A DNA stretch of 58,009 nucleotides from positions 1 to 58,009 of IMG/VR virus record IMGVR_UViG_3300028571_000031; one strand, written 5' to 3'. Below the pieces are notes generated by a model that was not told the DNA's origin, ran no database searches, and saw only the letters and a list, made by a program, of their open reading frames with translations. Origin of the DNA: a virus. Taxonomy: Duplodnaviria > Caudoviricetes. Of the stretch, positions 7,951-15,954 are shown piece by piece. The translations under genes were made by a program, and so were the position numbers. Positions within the stretch are counted from its first letter, which is position 1, and each line of letters opens with the position of its first letter.

Positions 7951-8042
7951 GGAAAGACGGTAGAGTTTGGAGCGCTACACAGGTTTGCTAAACCTGCCGA
8001 GCCGAAAGGCCGGAAAGGGTTCGAGTCCCTTTCTTTCCGCCA
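7951..8042 (+). tRNA. tRNA-Ser(GCT)
   Basis: CAGGT-TTGCTAA-ACCTG, long variable arm, GCCA end. Confidence 0.92.
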
Positions 8043-8044
8043 AT

Positions 8045-8091
8045 GAAAAGCCCAGATGTGTTCTAAACGACACATCTGGGCTTTTCTCTTT
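8045..8091 (+). terminator. intrinsic terminator closing the tRNA operon
   Basis: GAAAAGCCCAGATGTGT...ACACATCTGGGCTTTTC followed by TCTTT. Confidence 0.85.
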
Positions 8092-8105
8092 GTGCACTCT
8101 GGAGC

Positions 8106-9395
8106 ATGCCCATCGTCACCGCCTCTCCAAAGAAGTACGACCACATCAGCCTGACGCCTCCAGAAGGAGTCAGGAAGGCCGCGAAGCGGGGTCTTGAACT
8201 TCGTCGTGAGTTCGGTCGCGGCGGAACAGCCGTCGGCGTGGCTCGTGCTCGTGACCTGTCAAACGGCAAGTCCGTCAGCCCAGACACTGCCAAGCGGATG
8301 AAGGCGTACTTCGATCGTCACCAGCCTGACCAGAAGGCTGAAGGCTTCGACTCTGGTGAGAAGGGCTACCCCAGCGCCGGTCGTGTAGCTTGGCTGCTCT
8401 GGGGGGGCGACGCGGGCTACTCTTGGGCCAAGAAGGTCGTGCTGCAGATGGAAGCTGCCGACAAGAAAGTGAGTGGGTCAGCTGAGAAGCCATCAGCTGG
8501 AGAGTTCGCTCGCTTTGCAGGTGCTGGTGAGTGCACCGAAGTAGCGGAAGTCATAGAGAAAAGTAAGTTGGGGCGTAAGTATGGTCTGAAAAGGGTCGAC
8601 GGTGGCTACCTCTTCGGTAGCCGTTGGGGCGAACATTCTTGGGTCGAGAGCCCTGACGGTACCATTGTAGATGCAACTCATGGTCAGTTTGACCCTGCTG
8701 TACCAGTACTCGTTGCAGAGGTCGGTAGTTTGGAGCACTCCCGCTATCTGGCAGCTGAAGACATGACGCAGGACCAGCTGACAGACGTTTACGAGAGGAA
8801 GCCATCAATGGCTCATGTCGTACTGGCTCTGCACATGGCAGCTGACGCACTTGCAGGTGACACCAGTGAAGTCGATGCTTCACTAGCAACCGCGCTGGGG
8901 CTCGCGGTCGGTCTTGGACTTGGTGGTCAGACACCAACGACGCCGAGCTACAGCAACGAGACAACGATGGAGTGGACGGCAGACAGCTTGGAGCCAGAGC
9001 TTCAGCCGATTGCGTACCTTGAGTCCAAGAACAACCATGGGCTCGCGCACAAGACCCATTCGAAGGGCGAGTGGAACACAGCCTATGGCGCCCTCGGCAT
9101 GAAGCCGTCATCTGGCTATGATCAATACCAGAAGTCACCCTCGCTGAAGTCTGACTACCCCGGACTGGACGAGGAGTCTTTCGAGTCTCTCTTCCGAGAG
9201 GACACAGACTTCTACAACGCCGTGGCGAACGACCACTGGTTGGGGCTGATCAGCAAGCTCGGCACCCCAGAGAGAGCCGCATTCGCGTGGCGCTTTGGCC
9301 GTGGCGCAGCCTTGAACGCAACTGACGAAGAGATCAAAGCTGCTCCATACGTGAAGGCGTACATGCGCTTGCTTGGTGAGAGTTCTTCGTCGTAG
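8106..9395 (+). CDS. multidomain virion-type protein: conserved phage domain, transglutaminase/papain-like domain and SLT-like muramidase
   Basis: RVAWLLWGGDAG N-domain; C...HSWVE...IVDAT triad pattern; IAYLES...AYGALGM...AW..G.G...YV SLT pattern. Confidence 0.6.
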   Translation: MPIVTASPKKYDHISLTPPEGVRKAAKRGLELRREFGRGGTAVGVARARDLSNGKSVSPDTAKRMKAYFDRHQPDQKAEGFDSGEKGYPSAGRVAWLLWGGDAGYSWAKKVVLQMEAADKKVSGSAEKPSAGEFARFAGAGECTEVAEVIEKSKLGRKYGLKRVDGGYLFGSRWGEHSWVESPDGTIVDATHGQFDPAVPVLVAEVGSLEHSRYLAAEDMTQDQLTDVYERKPSMAHVVLALHMAADALAGDTSEVDASLATALGLAVGLGLGGQTPTTPSYSNETTMEWTADSLEPELQPIAYLESKNNHGLAHKTHSKGEWNTAYGALGMKPSSGYDQYQKSPSLKSDYPGLDEESFESLFREDTDFYNAVANDHWLGLISKLGTPERAAFAWRFGRGAALNATDEEIKAAPYVKAYMRLLGESSSS

Positions 9396-9412
9396 GCTTC
9401 GCAACCTATCCT

Positions 9413-12400
9413 ATGACCATCAAAGTGCTTTCTGCCAAGTACATGAGCAACCAGTGCTCCGTCTGCCCGTCCTGCAAAGACGAGTTGGAGGAGTCTGGTC
9501 TGTCTCTGAACAACAAGAAGGACATTGGCATCGTGTACACATGCCCATGTGGCAAGTCGAAGGTCTGGACCAATAGAGCCAGAAACGATGCTAGACTTCT
9601 GTTCTTCCTTGAGAAGAAGCCACACCCAGTGTATGGCATGTCACCATACACTATTGGTTTCTGTAATGACATGCATGATGGTTTCAAGTTTGATGACATC
9701 ACCATACTCAAAGGTGGCGTCGAAGGAACAGTCGACGAGACTGGTGAGAACCCTGCAGACCTGATCGGCAACGACCACGTTCAGATTCTACACTGGCGGG
9801 GAAAAGAGCTTCAGGTAGGTCAAGAAGACCAGATTCTCGAAATCTATCGCCGCCGACTCCCAGAGCTAAAAGCTCTGGTTGAGGGATTCTCCAGCAAGAC
9901 GACTGCAAGCTCAGACAGCTTCAGATACTGGAACAACTGCACGAGTACCGATGATGAACTGGTAGACTGGATCAGGGGGAGAGCCACGAACATTGGTGGT
10001 CCCAAAGCAGATGAGATCGACTTCGACGAGTTCACTGCCCAAGTAGACCCTTCTGAACTCCAGCACGAGGACATCGATACGGACTGGCACGTCCACTTCT
10101 TTGAGTCCACTCTGCCATCTGGCGAACCGATTGTGTACTACACGCACAGCGGTATCGAGTGGTTCTTCGCTATGGGCCACGTGGACCAAGACAAGGAGCT
10201 TGCCATTATCAGCAAGCTGAATGATGAGAAGTATGGAGTCAGTGCTTCAGCCTCTTCCGAATTCAACTCGTGGTTCCGAAACTCCAAGGTCGTGAAGGCC
10301 GATGGGAGCCCCGCTGTTGTCTACCACGGCACCAACAGCGCCTTCTCCGAGTTCGATGCTGAGAAGGGCTCTGGCTTCTTCGGGACTGGGGTCTACGTCA
10401 CTGAGGACCAGAACGAAGCTGAGAAGTACGGGGAACACCTGCTTGAGCTTTACGCTCGGGCAGAGAATCCCATTGACCTCCGTGGAGATAACAAGGACTT
10501 CGACCGCGAGCTAGCGAAGATCGGGATCGAAGCTCCTTACGAGAAGCTCAGGACTGCGAAGGAGTTCCGAGACCGCGCAGTGAAGCTCCGAGCCGACCTC
10601 ATGGCCAAGGGCTACGACAGCGCCAGAATCACGACGTCTGATGGTGCTGACGGATGGGTGCTGTACTCGGCAGACCAAGTCAAACTCGTCACCAACACGC
10701 ACCCAACCGAGTCGACAAAGATTGGAGCTTCTCAAGACAAAGCCGGTGAAGGACGCTGGTCAAACCGCCAAGTCACCGATGTCTGGTATCACGGTGGCTC
10801 AAAAGAAGACGCTGCCTCTGCCAAGAAGCTCGGTCACTTCCCTGAAGAGTACACACCCCTTCGTGCCAACTGGGGGTCAGGCGTTTACCTGACCGCAGAC
10901 AAGAAGGAAGCCAAGAAGTTCGGCGACTCCGTTGTCGAAGTTGAACTGTCTTCAAGTCTGAAGATGCTTGACATTCGTGACAAGAACTACAGGGCCATGC
11001 CCAGCACGATCTCAGAACACCTGAAGAGTGAGGAAGCCGTTTCCCTCTTTGAGAAGCACTGGCCTCATGACCTTGGAACAGGCGTCAAGGCGGCGCTCAT
11101 TGCCGACGGATACGACGGTATTGTTTGGAAAGGTGATGAATGGCACGACTGGGCAGTCGTGTTCAATCCAACTCAAGCCAAAATACGACAGAGCAAGACA
11201 GTCAAAGCAGGATGGGAAGAAGGCGGTCATCACCTTCTTGTCGCATTCACGACGCCCCCAACTGATGAAGTCTTCGCTGCTCTGGACCAGACAGACAAGG
11301 TGCGTGAGAAGCTATATGCACACCGGGACCTGCCGAAGGTACCGCGCGGTGTTCGCCTCGACCTCCCATCGATGGCAAAAGGCATTGCTGTTGTCACAGT
11401 CCATGCCGGACCTTCAGGCGGCACCGTCATTGGTTATGACCACAGTGCTGTAATCAAAGACGTCAGGTTTGTCGTTCAAGCAGGTGCTCAAAAAGCAATC
11501 GGCGCTGAGGGCTCCAACAAGTTTCCGATGTCATTCATCGCTGGAGTACTACAAGATGTACCTGCTGAGCCAAAAGGAACTCCGGTCTATTACGACCCAC
11601 GCAAAGTTCACCTGTACGTAGATGCAACGAATATGCGCCCAGTACGCACAGCACATCTGGTCAATATGATTGGCAAGCAGGTGTATGCGACAGGACTTGA
11701 GTACTACACGGCTGACAACGTCCCACCAGCGCCAGACGGTATGAGCAGTGCTGTTCTTATGCCGACTGTGGAGACGGAAGCAGTCAGCGCCATGGCCTCG
11801 CCATACGATAAGGGATGGACTGACTTGCCACCCGGCAATGTGCCGGTTCCAACTCCGCTGAAAGACAAACCGACGCTGTGGGCAAAGGTCGCTGACCGAC
11901 TTGGTCATGAAGTCGACAAAGGGCTGCAGCAGCGAGCCCCCGTCATCGGTGGTCGTCGTCGGCACAACAGGCCCATGACGTCTTGGCTCATGAGTGACGG
12001 TCGAGTCCTCTCGTTCACAACAGAGAAGCTCGAAGCAAAGACTTGGAACAACCTCAAAGGGAAAACACACCCAGCACTTCCTCATGTCTATGACGTGTTC
12101 TCCATTGGAGGAGACGGCGAAGAGCCCATGTGGGCAATCGTCCATGAGCAGCTGATCTGGCCTGTGCCTCCCGAATGGGAATCCTTCGTCGACAACTTCT
12201 TCCGTTGGCGAGCACTGGAGAAGAACGCACTCCATCCAGCAACACCACAGGACCTAGAAGACTTCCTCCGCTTCGTGATTGACCCAGAGGTCACCGACGC
12301 AAAGACAGTGAAGAAGAAGCAAGTCGAGAATGCTCTCCCATGGGGCATGGCGAAATCACGTCGAGTGGACTTCACTGATCGTCGTAAGGAAGTCTTCAAG

Positions 12401-12661
12401 CTCAAAGGTCTTGAAGAGATGATTGCTTGGGCCAAGGAAGCTCTCAGCTACCTCAAGCAGAACAACGTCAAGTTCCGTGACCTAGACCCGTCGAATCTCG
12501 CAGTCACCAAGCACGGTGACCGGGTTGTCGTCACGAATCTCGCCGAGTCGAATTCGATTCCAACCAAGACAGGACGAACCGGTCGAGTGAAGGCATCGGA
12601 TGATGGCAACGGCCACGGGCCAATACAACCGGTACTTGACTTGTCCCTTATATTGTGCTAA
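9413..12661 (+). CDS. polyvalent protein with two ADP-ribosyltransferase-like domains and a kinase-like C-terminal domain
   Basis: VYHGT...FGTGVYVT...A.KYG...GYD and WYHGG...WGSGVYLT...GYDG; HPALPHVYDVF...FRDLDPSNL. Confidence 0.7.
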   Translation: MTIKVLSAKYMSNQCSVCPSCKDELEESGLSLNNKKDIGIVYTCPCGKSKVWTNRARNDARLLFFLEKKPHPVYGMSPYTIGFCNDMHDGFKFDDITILKGGVEGTVDETGENPADLIGNDHVQILHWRGKELQVGQEDQILEIYRRRLPELKALVEGFSSKTTASSDSFRYWNNCTSTDDELVDWIRGRATNIGGPKADEIDFDEFTAQVDPSELQHEDIDTDWHVHFFESTLPSGEPIVYYTHSGIEWFFAMGHVDQDKELAIISKLNDEKYGVSASASSEFNSWFRNSKVVKADGSPAVVYHGTNSAFSEFDAEKGSGFFGTGVYVTEDQNEAEKYGEHLLELYARAENPIDLRGDNKDFDRELAKIGIEAPYEKLRTAKEFRDRAVKLRADLMAKGYDSARITTSDGADGWVLYSADQVKLVTNTHPTESTKIGASQDKAGEGRWSNRQVTDVWYHGGSKEDAASAKKLGHFPEEYTPLRANWGSGVYLTADKKEAKKFGDSVVEVELSSSLKMLDIRDKNYRAMPSTISEHLKSEEAVSLFEKHWPHDLGTGVKAALIADGYDGIVWKGDEWHDWAVVFNPTQAKIRQSKTVKAGWEEGGHHLLVAFTTPPTDEVFAALDQTDKVREKLYAHRDLPKVPRGVRLDLPSMAKGIAVVTVHAGPSGGTVIGYDHSAVIKDVRFVVQAGAQKAIGAEGSNKFPMSFIAGVLQDVPAEPKGTPVYYDPRKVHLYVDATNMRPVRTAHLVNMIGKQVYATGLEYYTADNVPPAPDGMSSAVLMPTVETEAVSAMASPYDKGWTDLPPGNVPVPTPLKDKPTLWAKVADRLGHEVDKGLQQRAPVIGGRRRHNRPMTSWLMSDGRVLSFTTEKLEAKTWNNLKGKTHPALPHVYDVFSIGGDGEEPMWAIVHEQLIWPVPPEWESFVDNFFRWRALEKNALHPATPQDLEDFLRFVIDPEVTDAKTVKKKQVENALPWGMAKSRRVDFTDRRKEVFKLKGLEEMIAWAKEALSYLKQNNVKFRDLDPSNLAVTKHGDRVVVTNLAESNSIPTKTGRTGRVKASDDGNGHGPIQPVLDLSLILC

Positions 12662-12664
12662 GAA
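12636..12664 (+). promoter_or_regulatory. possible sigma70 promoter
   Basis: TTGACT-17 bp-TAAGAA with extended TG; ATG 6 nt downstream. Confidence 0.4.
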
Positions 12665-12670
12665 GTGACG

Positions 12671-13360
12671 ATGTCGAACCATCGAGATAACCTGCTTGAA
12701 GCAGCGCAGCTTCTCACAGCCGTTGCCTACGGCCTTGATGATGAAGACACCACAGACAGCCTTCTCGCAATTGCACATAAGATCCGGGGCAATACACTCA
12801 TGGGGTCACTTCCAGACCGATCGGTCATGTTTGGCCTCAACCGGTTGCTGTCAGACCTCGGATCCAAGTGGGCAGTGATCGGAGGCATGGCCGTTGCTGT
12901 TCATGGGCATGAACGAGAGACGTCTGACATTGACGTTCTGATCGACGCCCTGCCGGATGCCACAAAGACCATCGACTCGGCCTATATGGACCGGTTCGGC
13001 TTCTATCGAGGCAAGAGCCGAACCGGAGGACACTTGGTTCTGGACCACAAGCAGGGTCAATGCGAGTTCCTCCCCGCCAAGGAGGAATGGCAGATGTGGG
13101 CCATTGAGAACGCCACACCAGAGATGGTGCTGGGCTTGTCCGTTCCGGTCATTCGACCAGAAGCTGTCATTGTCTCAAAGCTGAAGGCCACCACTCAGAA
13201 CCCTCTTCGTGAGAAGAAGGATATCCCTGACGTCCTCAGTGTCCTTCTTAACCACAAGGACACCCTCGATTACGGGGTAATCCTGATGTGGCTGACGCCG
13301 CAGGAAGCTGCGAAGTTCTCGAAGCTCGCTGACGCGAACTCCATTTCCATTCCTGAGTGA
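12671..13360 (+). CDS. Pol-beta superfamily nucleotidyltransferase (AbiEii-related type)
   Basis: VIGGMAVAVHGHERETSDIDVLI motif and R.KKDIPD; N-terminal LLEAAQLLTA tag. Confidence 0.8.
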   Translation: MSNHRDNLLEAAQLLTAVAYGLDDEDTTDSLLAIAHKIRGNTLMGSLPDRSVMFGLNRLLSDLGSKWAVIGGMAVAVHGHERETSDIDVLIDALPDATKTIDSAYMDRFGFYRGKSRTGGHLVLDHKQGQCEFLPAKEEWQMWAIENATPEMVLGLSVPVIRPEAVIVSKLKATTQNPLREKKDIPDVLSVLLNHKDTLDYGVILMWLTPQEAAKFSKLADANSISIPE

Positions 13361-13366
13361 TTCAGT

Positions 13367-13443
13367 TGGTGCGCCGACAGGGACTCGAACCCTGATAGTT
13401 CCACGTGATTAAGGTGGGTGCCTAACCTTTCGGCCATCGGCGC
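13367..13443 (-). tRNA. tRNA-like gene with a 9-nt anticodon loop (identity undetermined)
   Basis: Acceptor GCGCCGA/TCGGCGC, T-arm CAGGG-TTCGAGT-CCCTG, ACCA end; CCAC-CTTAATCAC-GTGG. Confidence 0.75.
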
Positions 13444-13475
13444 ATAGCCCCATGTACCATGGGGGAATCAGTATC

Positions 13476-13907
13476 TCAAGCCTGAACTGGTGCTGCCTCC
13501 TCAACAGCCTGAATTGGGATCGTGATGACAAGACCACCAAGTGCGTGAGGCGCCTTCGCCAGTGCCCTGCTCAGGTGGCTGTCCTGCTCGTCCAAGCTCT
13601 TGCCTTCAAGGTGAAGGTGAGGTGTGACGCGCAGGTGTGCACGAAGTGCGTACAACCACGTCAGGGGATTCACAGCACCTCCCTTGAAGTCAACGTAGTG
13701 GAACACAGCACTAGCCCGGTCATCCGGCCCCGGACAAGTCAGGTGACTACGAACCTCAGCCGCAGCGTAGACACCCAGCTTCTCATCATTGGGGTACAAA
13801 GACTTCCAGACGTCGTCGGTATTGCTACAGTCACGAGCAGCCGCCTCAAGCTTGAGACGCAGCGTGTTCCAAGCTTCAAAGTTCAACTTCATCTTTTCAT
13901 TTAGCAT
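13476..13907 (-). CDS. hypothetical protein
   Basis: ORF overlapping the end of the PTH2-like gene, with an AGGTG RBS. Confidence 0.65.
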   Translation of the reverse strand: MLNEKMKLNFEAWNTLRLKLEAAARDCSNTDDVWKSLYPNDEKLGVYAAAEVRSHLTCPGPDDRASAVFHYVDFKGGAVNPLTWLYALRAHLRVTPHLHLEGKSLDEQDSHLSRALAKAPHALGGLVITIPIQAVEEAAPVQA

Positions 13908-14272
13908 TTGATTTCACCTTCCAAAGCCGCAGGTGTTTGACAGCCCTCGATTTCCCGTGCGGTGTCAGGAAGCCGAAAGACATAGCTTGCCCGAGCCACG
14001 GAGGATCGGGTTCGCGAATTAAATGTGGCATGTGCTCGGAACCAGCGTCGATTTCAGCGAACAAAGACAGAAGTTCGTCTTCGTTCGCCACAGCAAGTAC
14101 GACGGCTATGGTTCCGGGATCAGCTGGAGTACCCTCACTCTCACCAGCTGCGTGAACAGCCATGGCAAGAGCGGTGCCCACAGGGAGATCTTCCCGTAGG
14201 ATTACGTAGTGGTAACTTTGTGAGGCTGGTGCCTCTCGCGCAACGCGAGGCAGGTCAATCGGAAATCAGCAT
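13897..14272 (-). CDS. peptidyl-tRNA hydrolase PTH2-like protein, start probably recoded
   Basis: YVILREDLPVGTALAMAVHAA...VVLAV.NEDEL...IREPD pattern; the frame is open from 14265 and the ATG at 14272 is in a different frame. Confidence 0.7.
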
Positions 14273-14278
14273 GAAAGA

Positions 14279-14307
14279 CACATAGCCACCAACCCCACAG
14301 TCGGCAA
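14279..14307 (-). promoter_or_regulatory. sigma70-type promoter giving a leaderless mRNA
   Basis: TTGCCG-17 bp-TATGTG; the ATG at 14272 coincides with the expected +1. Confidence 0.5.
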
Positions 14308-14308
14308 G

Positions 14309-14449
14309 TCAGTTAGGACAGATCCACTTCACAGCGACAGTGTCTGGTCCGACTTGCTTGGTGATGATGCGACACTCCGCATAGCGCAGCGCGATGACCT
14401 CGTAGGGGTTGAGCAGGAAGGCCATGATAACAGCAGCAAGAGCAGCCAT
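14309..14449 (-). CDS. small hydrophobic protein
   Basis: GAGGTGG RBS; MAALAAVIMAFLL N-terminus. Confidence 0.4.
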   Translation of the reverse strand: MAALAAVIMAFLLNPYEVIALRYAECRIITKQVGPDTVAVKWICPN

Positions 14450-14494
14450 AACTACCACCTCATATTTAAGAGTGCTCGATCTGCACTCTGCAAC

Positions 14495-15076
14495 ATGAAG
14501 CTTCGTAGTGAAGTCAAGACGAAAGCGGTCAAGCTCCTCGGCAACGAGAAACTTGCCAATATGGCATTGTCTGCTGCCTTCGACCATTGGGAGCAGACTT
14601 CTGCGTTTACTGACGCAGAATGGACCACTTTCATCATCAGGTCATCTATTTCAAAAATGGCTCTTATTCCCACCGGAGGACGTATGACCAACAAGATGAA
14701 AGCAGATGACCTAGCACTGGCTGCATCCATTCTGGATGCGTCGCTCCCTTTGACTGAGGGCCATGTCCTTCAGGAACATGAGCGGGAAGCTCTCAACAAG
14801 GCCCTTGTTGAAGCTGGCTTCGATGGTACGAAGAAGTTCAGGTCAGTTCGGTGGTCGATGACCGACCTCGAAGCTGCTGTTGAGGCAATCGGGATACAAG
14901 TTTCTGGGATCAACTCAGCCAACATCTTTAGTACAGACAACGGCAAGGCAACCGTGCAACTCTCCAGACGAATCGGAGACGATGAATCCGGCACCAGTAT
15001 CAGCAATGCTGCCATCTACGTTAGCTGGCACAACGTGAGACCAGACGCAGTCGAAGTCACAGCACACTGCACCTAG
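14495..15076 (+). CDS. hypothetical tagged protein
   Basis: ORF containing LALAASILDAS; an internal ATG has a GGAGG RBS. Confidence 0.6.
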   Translation: MKLRSEVKTKAVKLLGNEKLANMALSAAFDHWEQTSAFTDAEWTTFIIRSSISKMALIPTGGRMTNKMKADDLALAASILDASLPLTEGHVLQEHEREALNKALVEAGFDGTKKFRSVRWSMTDLEAAVEAIGIQVSGINSANIFSTDNGKATVQLSRRIGDDESGTSISNAAIYVSWHNVRPDAVEVTAHCT

Positions 15077-15085
15077 AGAGCAATC

Positions 15086-15943
15086 ATGAAGAGCCGAGCA
15101 TCCGTTCTAGAGGTCAAGCCAGAGGACCTGCTGCACCAGCACATTGCTGACGCACTGGGTTGGACCATCAAAGATGTGCACTCGTACTCCCTAGCGACTC
15201 TTCGTGATCTGGTCCGACCGGTTGATAAGGCGCTCTCAGAAGAGATCACCAAGGTCATCCGTGAAGGAGGTCACATCCGATCGAGCCTGAGGTCCGCAGC
15301 TAGCCTACTGGAAAGCCTTGCCGACAGTAAACCGATGCTTGACAAAGCAGGCCAGAGCGGTAGGCTCCAGCCAATGGCAACCAAGAAGACCGCTACCAAG
15401 ATCAGAGCCAACGCTCCTGTCTCCATGGCTGAAGTCAAGAGCGTCATTGATGACGTCATGGCGAAGCTGAAGGAAGAAGGAACGAAGGGAGCGCTCTGCG
15501 GTGGCTTTGCGATGCAGGCTTACGGCAGCACCCGCCTGACGTCTGATGTCGACATCATCGTTTCGTCTCACCCTTCCTTCGTGACGGACGGATCGCCGAT
15601 GGCGATCGGTGGTGTGTCGACCGAGATTGACTCGGTCCCCATCGACTTCATCGAGCGAGCCGACCACTACCGCGACTTGTACGACGAGGCCCTTCGTACC
15701 GCGAAGGCCATGATCCCCGGCAACAGCGCGCCTGTCATTCGACCGGAAGTGATGGTCGCCCTCAAGATGGTGGCTGGTCGCCCCAAGGATGACCACGACC
15801 TCTACTTCCTGCTGTCCAGTGTCAAGATGGACAACACCTACCTGAACAAGGTAGTAACCAAGTACCTTGGCCGCTACGCGCTGACCGACCTCGACAACAC
15901 GCGCAGCATGGCGAAGTTCCTCAAAGACAACAACAAGCTCTGA
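15086..15943 (+). CDS. second Pol-beta superfamily nucleotidyltransferase
   Basis: LCGGFAMQAYGSTRLTSDVDIIV and ALKMVAGRPKDDHDL motifs. Confidence 0.8.
   Translation: MKSRASVLEVKPEDLLHQHIADALGWTIKDVHSYSLATLRDLVRPVDKALSEEITKVIREGGHIRSSLRSAASLLESLADSKPMLDKAGQSGRLQPMATKKTATKIRANAPVSMAEVKSVIDDVMAKLKEEGTKGALCGGFAMQAYGSTRLTSDVDIIVSSHPSFVTDGSPMAIGGVSTEIDSVPIDFIERADHYRDLYDEALRTAKAMIPGNSAPVIRPEVMVALKMVAGRPKDDHDLYFLLSSVKMDNTYLNKVVTKYLGRYALTDLDNTRSMAKFLKDNNKL
15339..15366 (+). promoter_or_regulatory. internal sigma70-type promoter
   Basis: TTGACA-16 bp-TAGGCT; in-frame ATG at 15374. Confidence 0.45.
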
Positions 15944-15954
15944 AGGCGATCAAC

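Noticed and set aside
6777-8197. ORF-track entries overlapping the tRNA array
   Set aside because: They overlap clear tRNA cloverleaves and lack RBSs or protein motifs
13367-13443. Ordinary tRNA-Leu(TAA) or tRNA-Lys(CTT)
   Set aside because: Neither reading gives a paired stem with a 7-nt loop; only the 9-nt loop pairs
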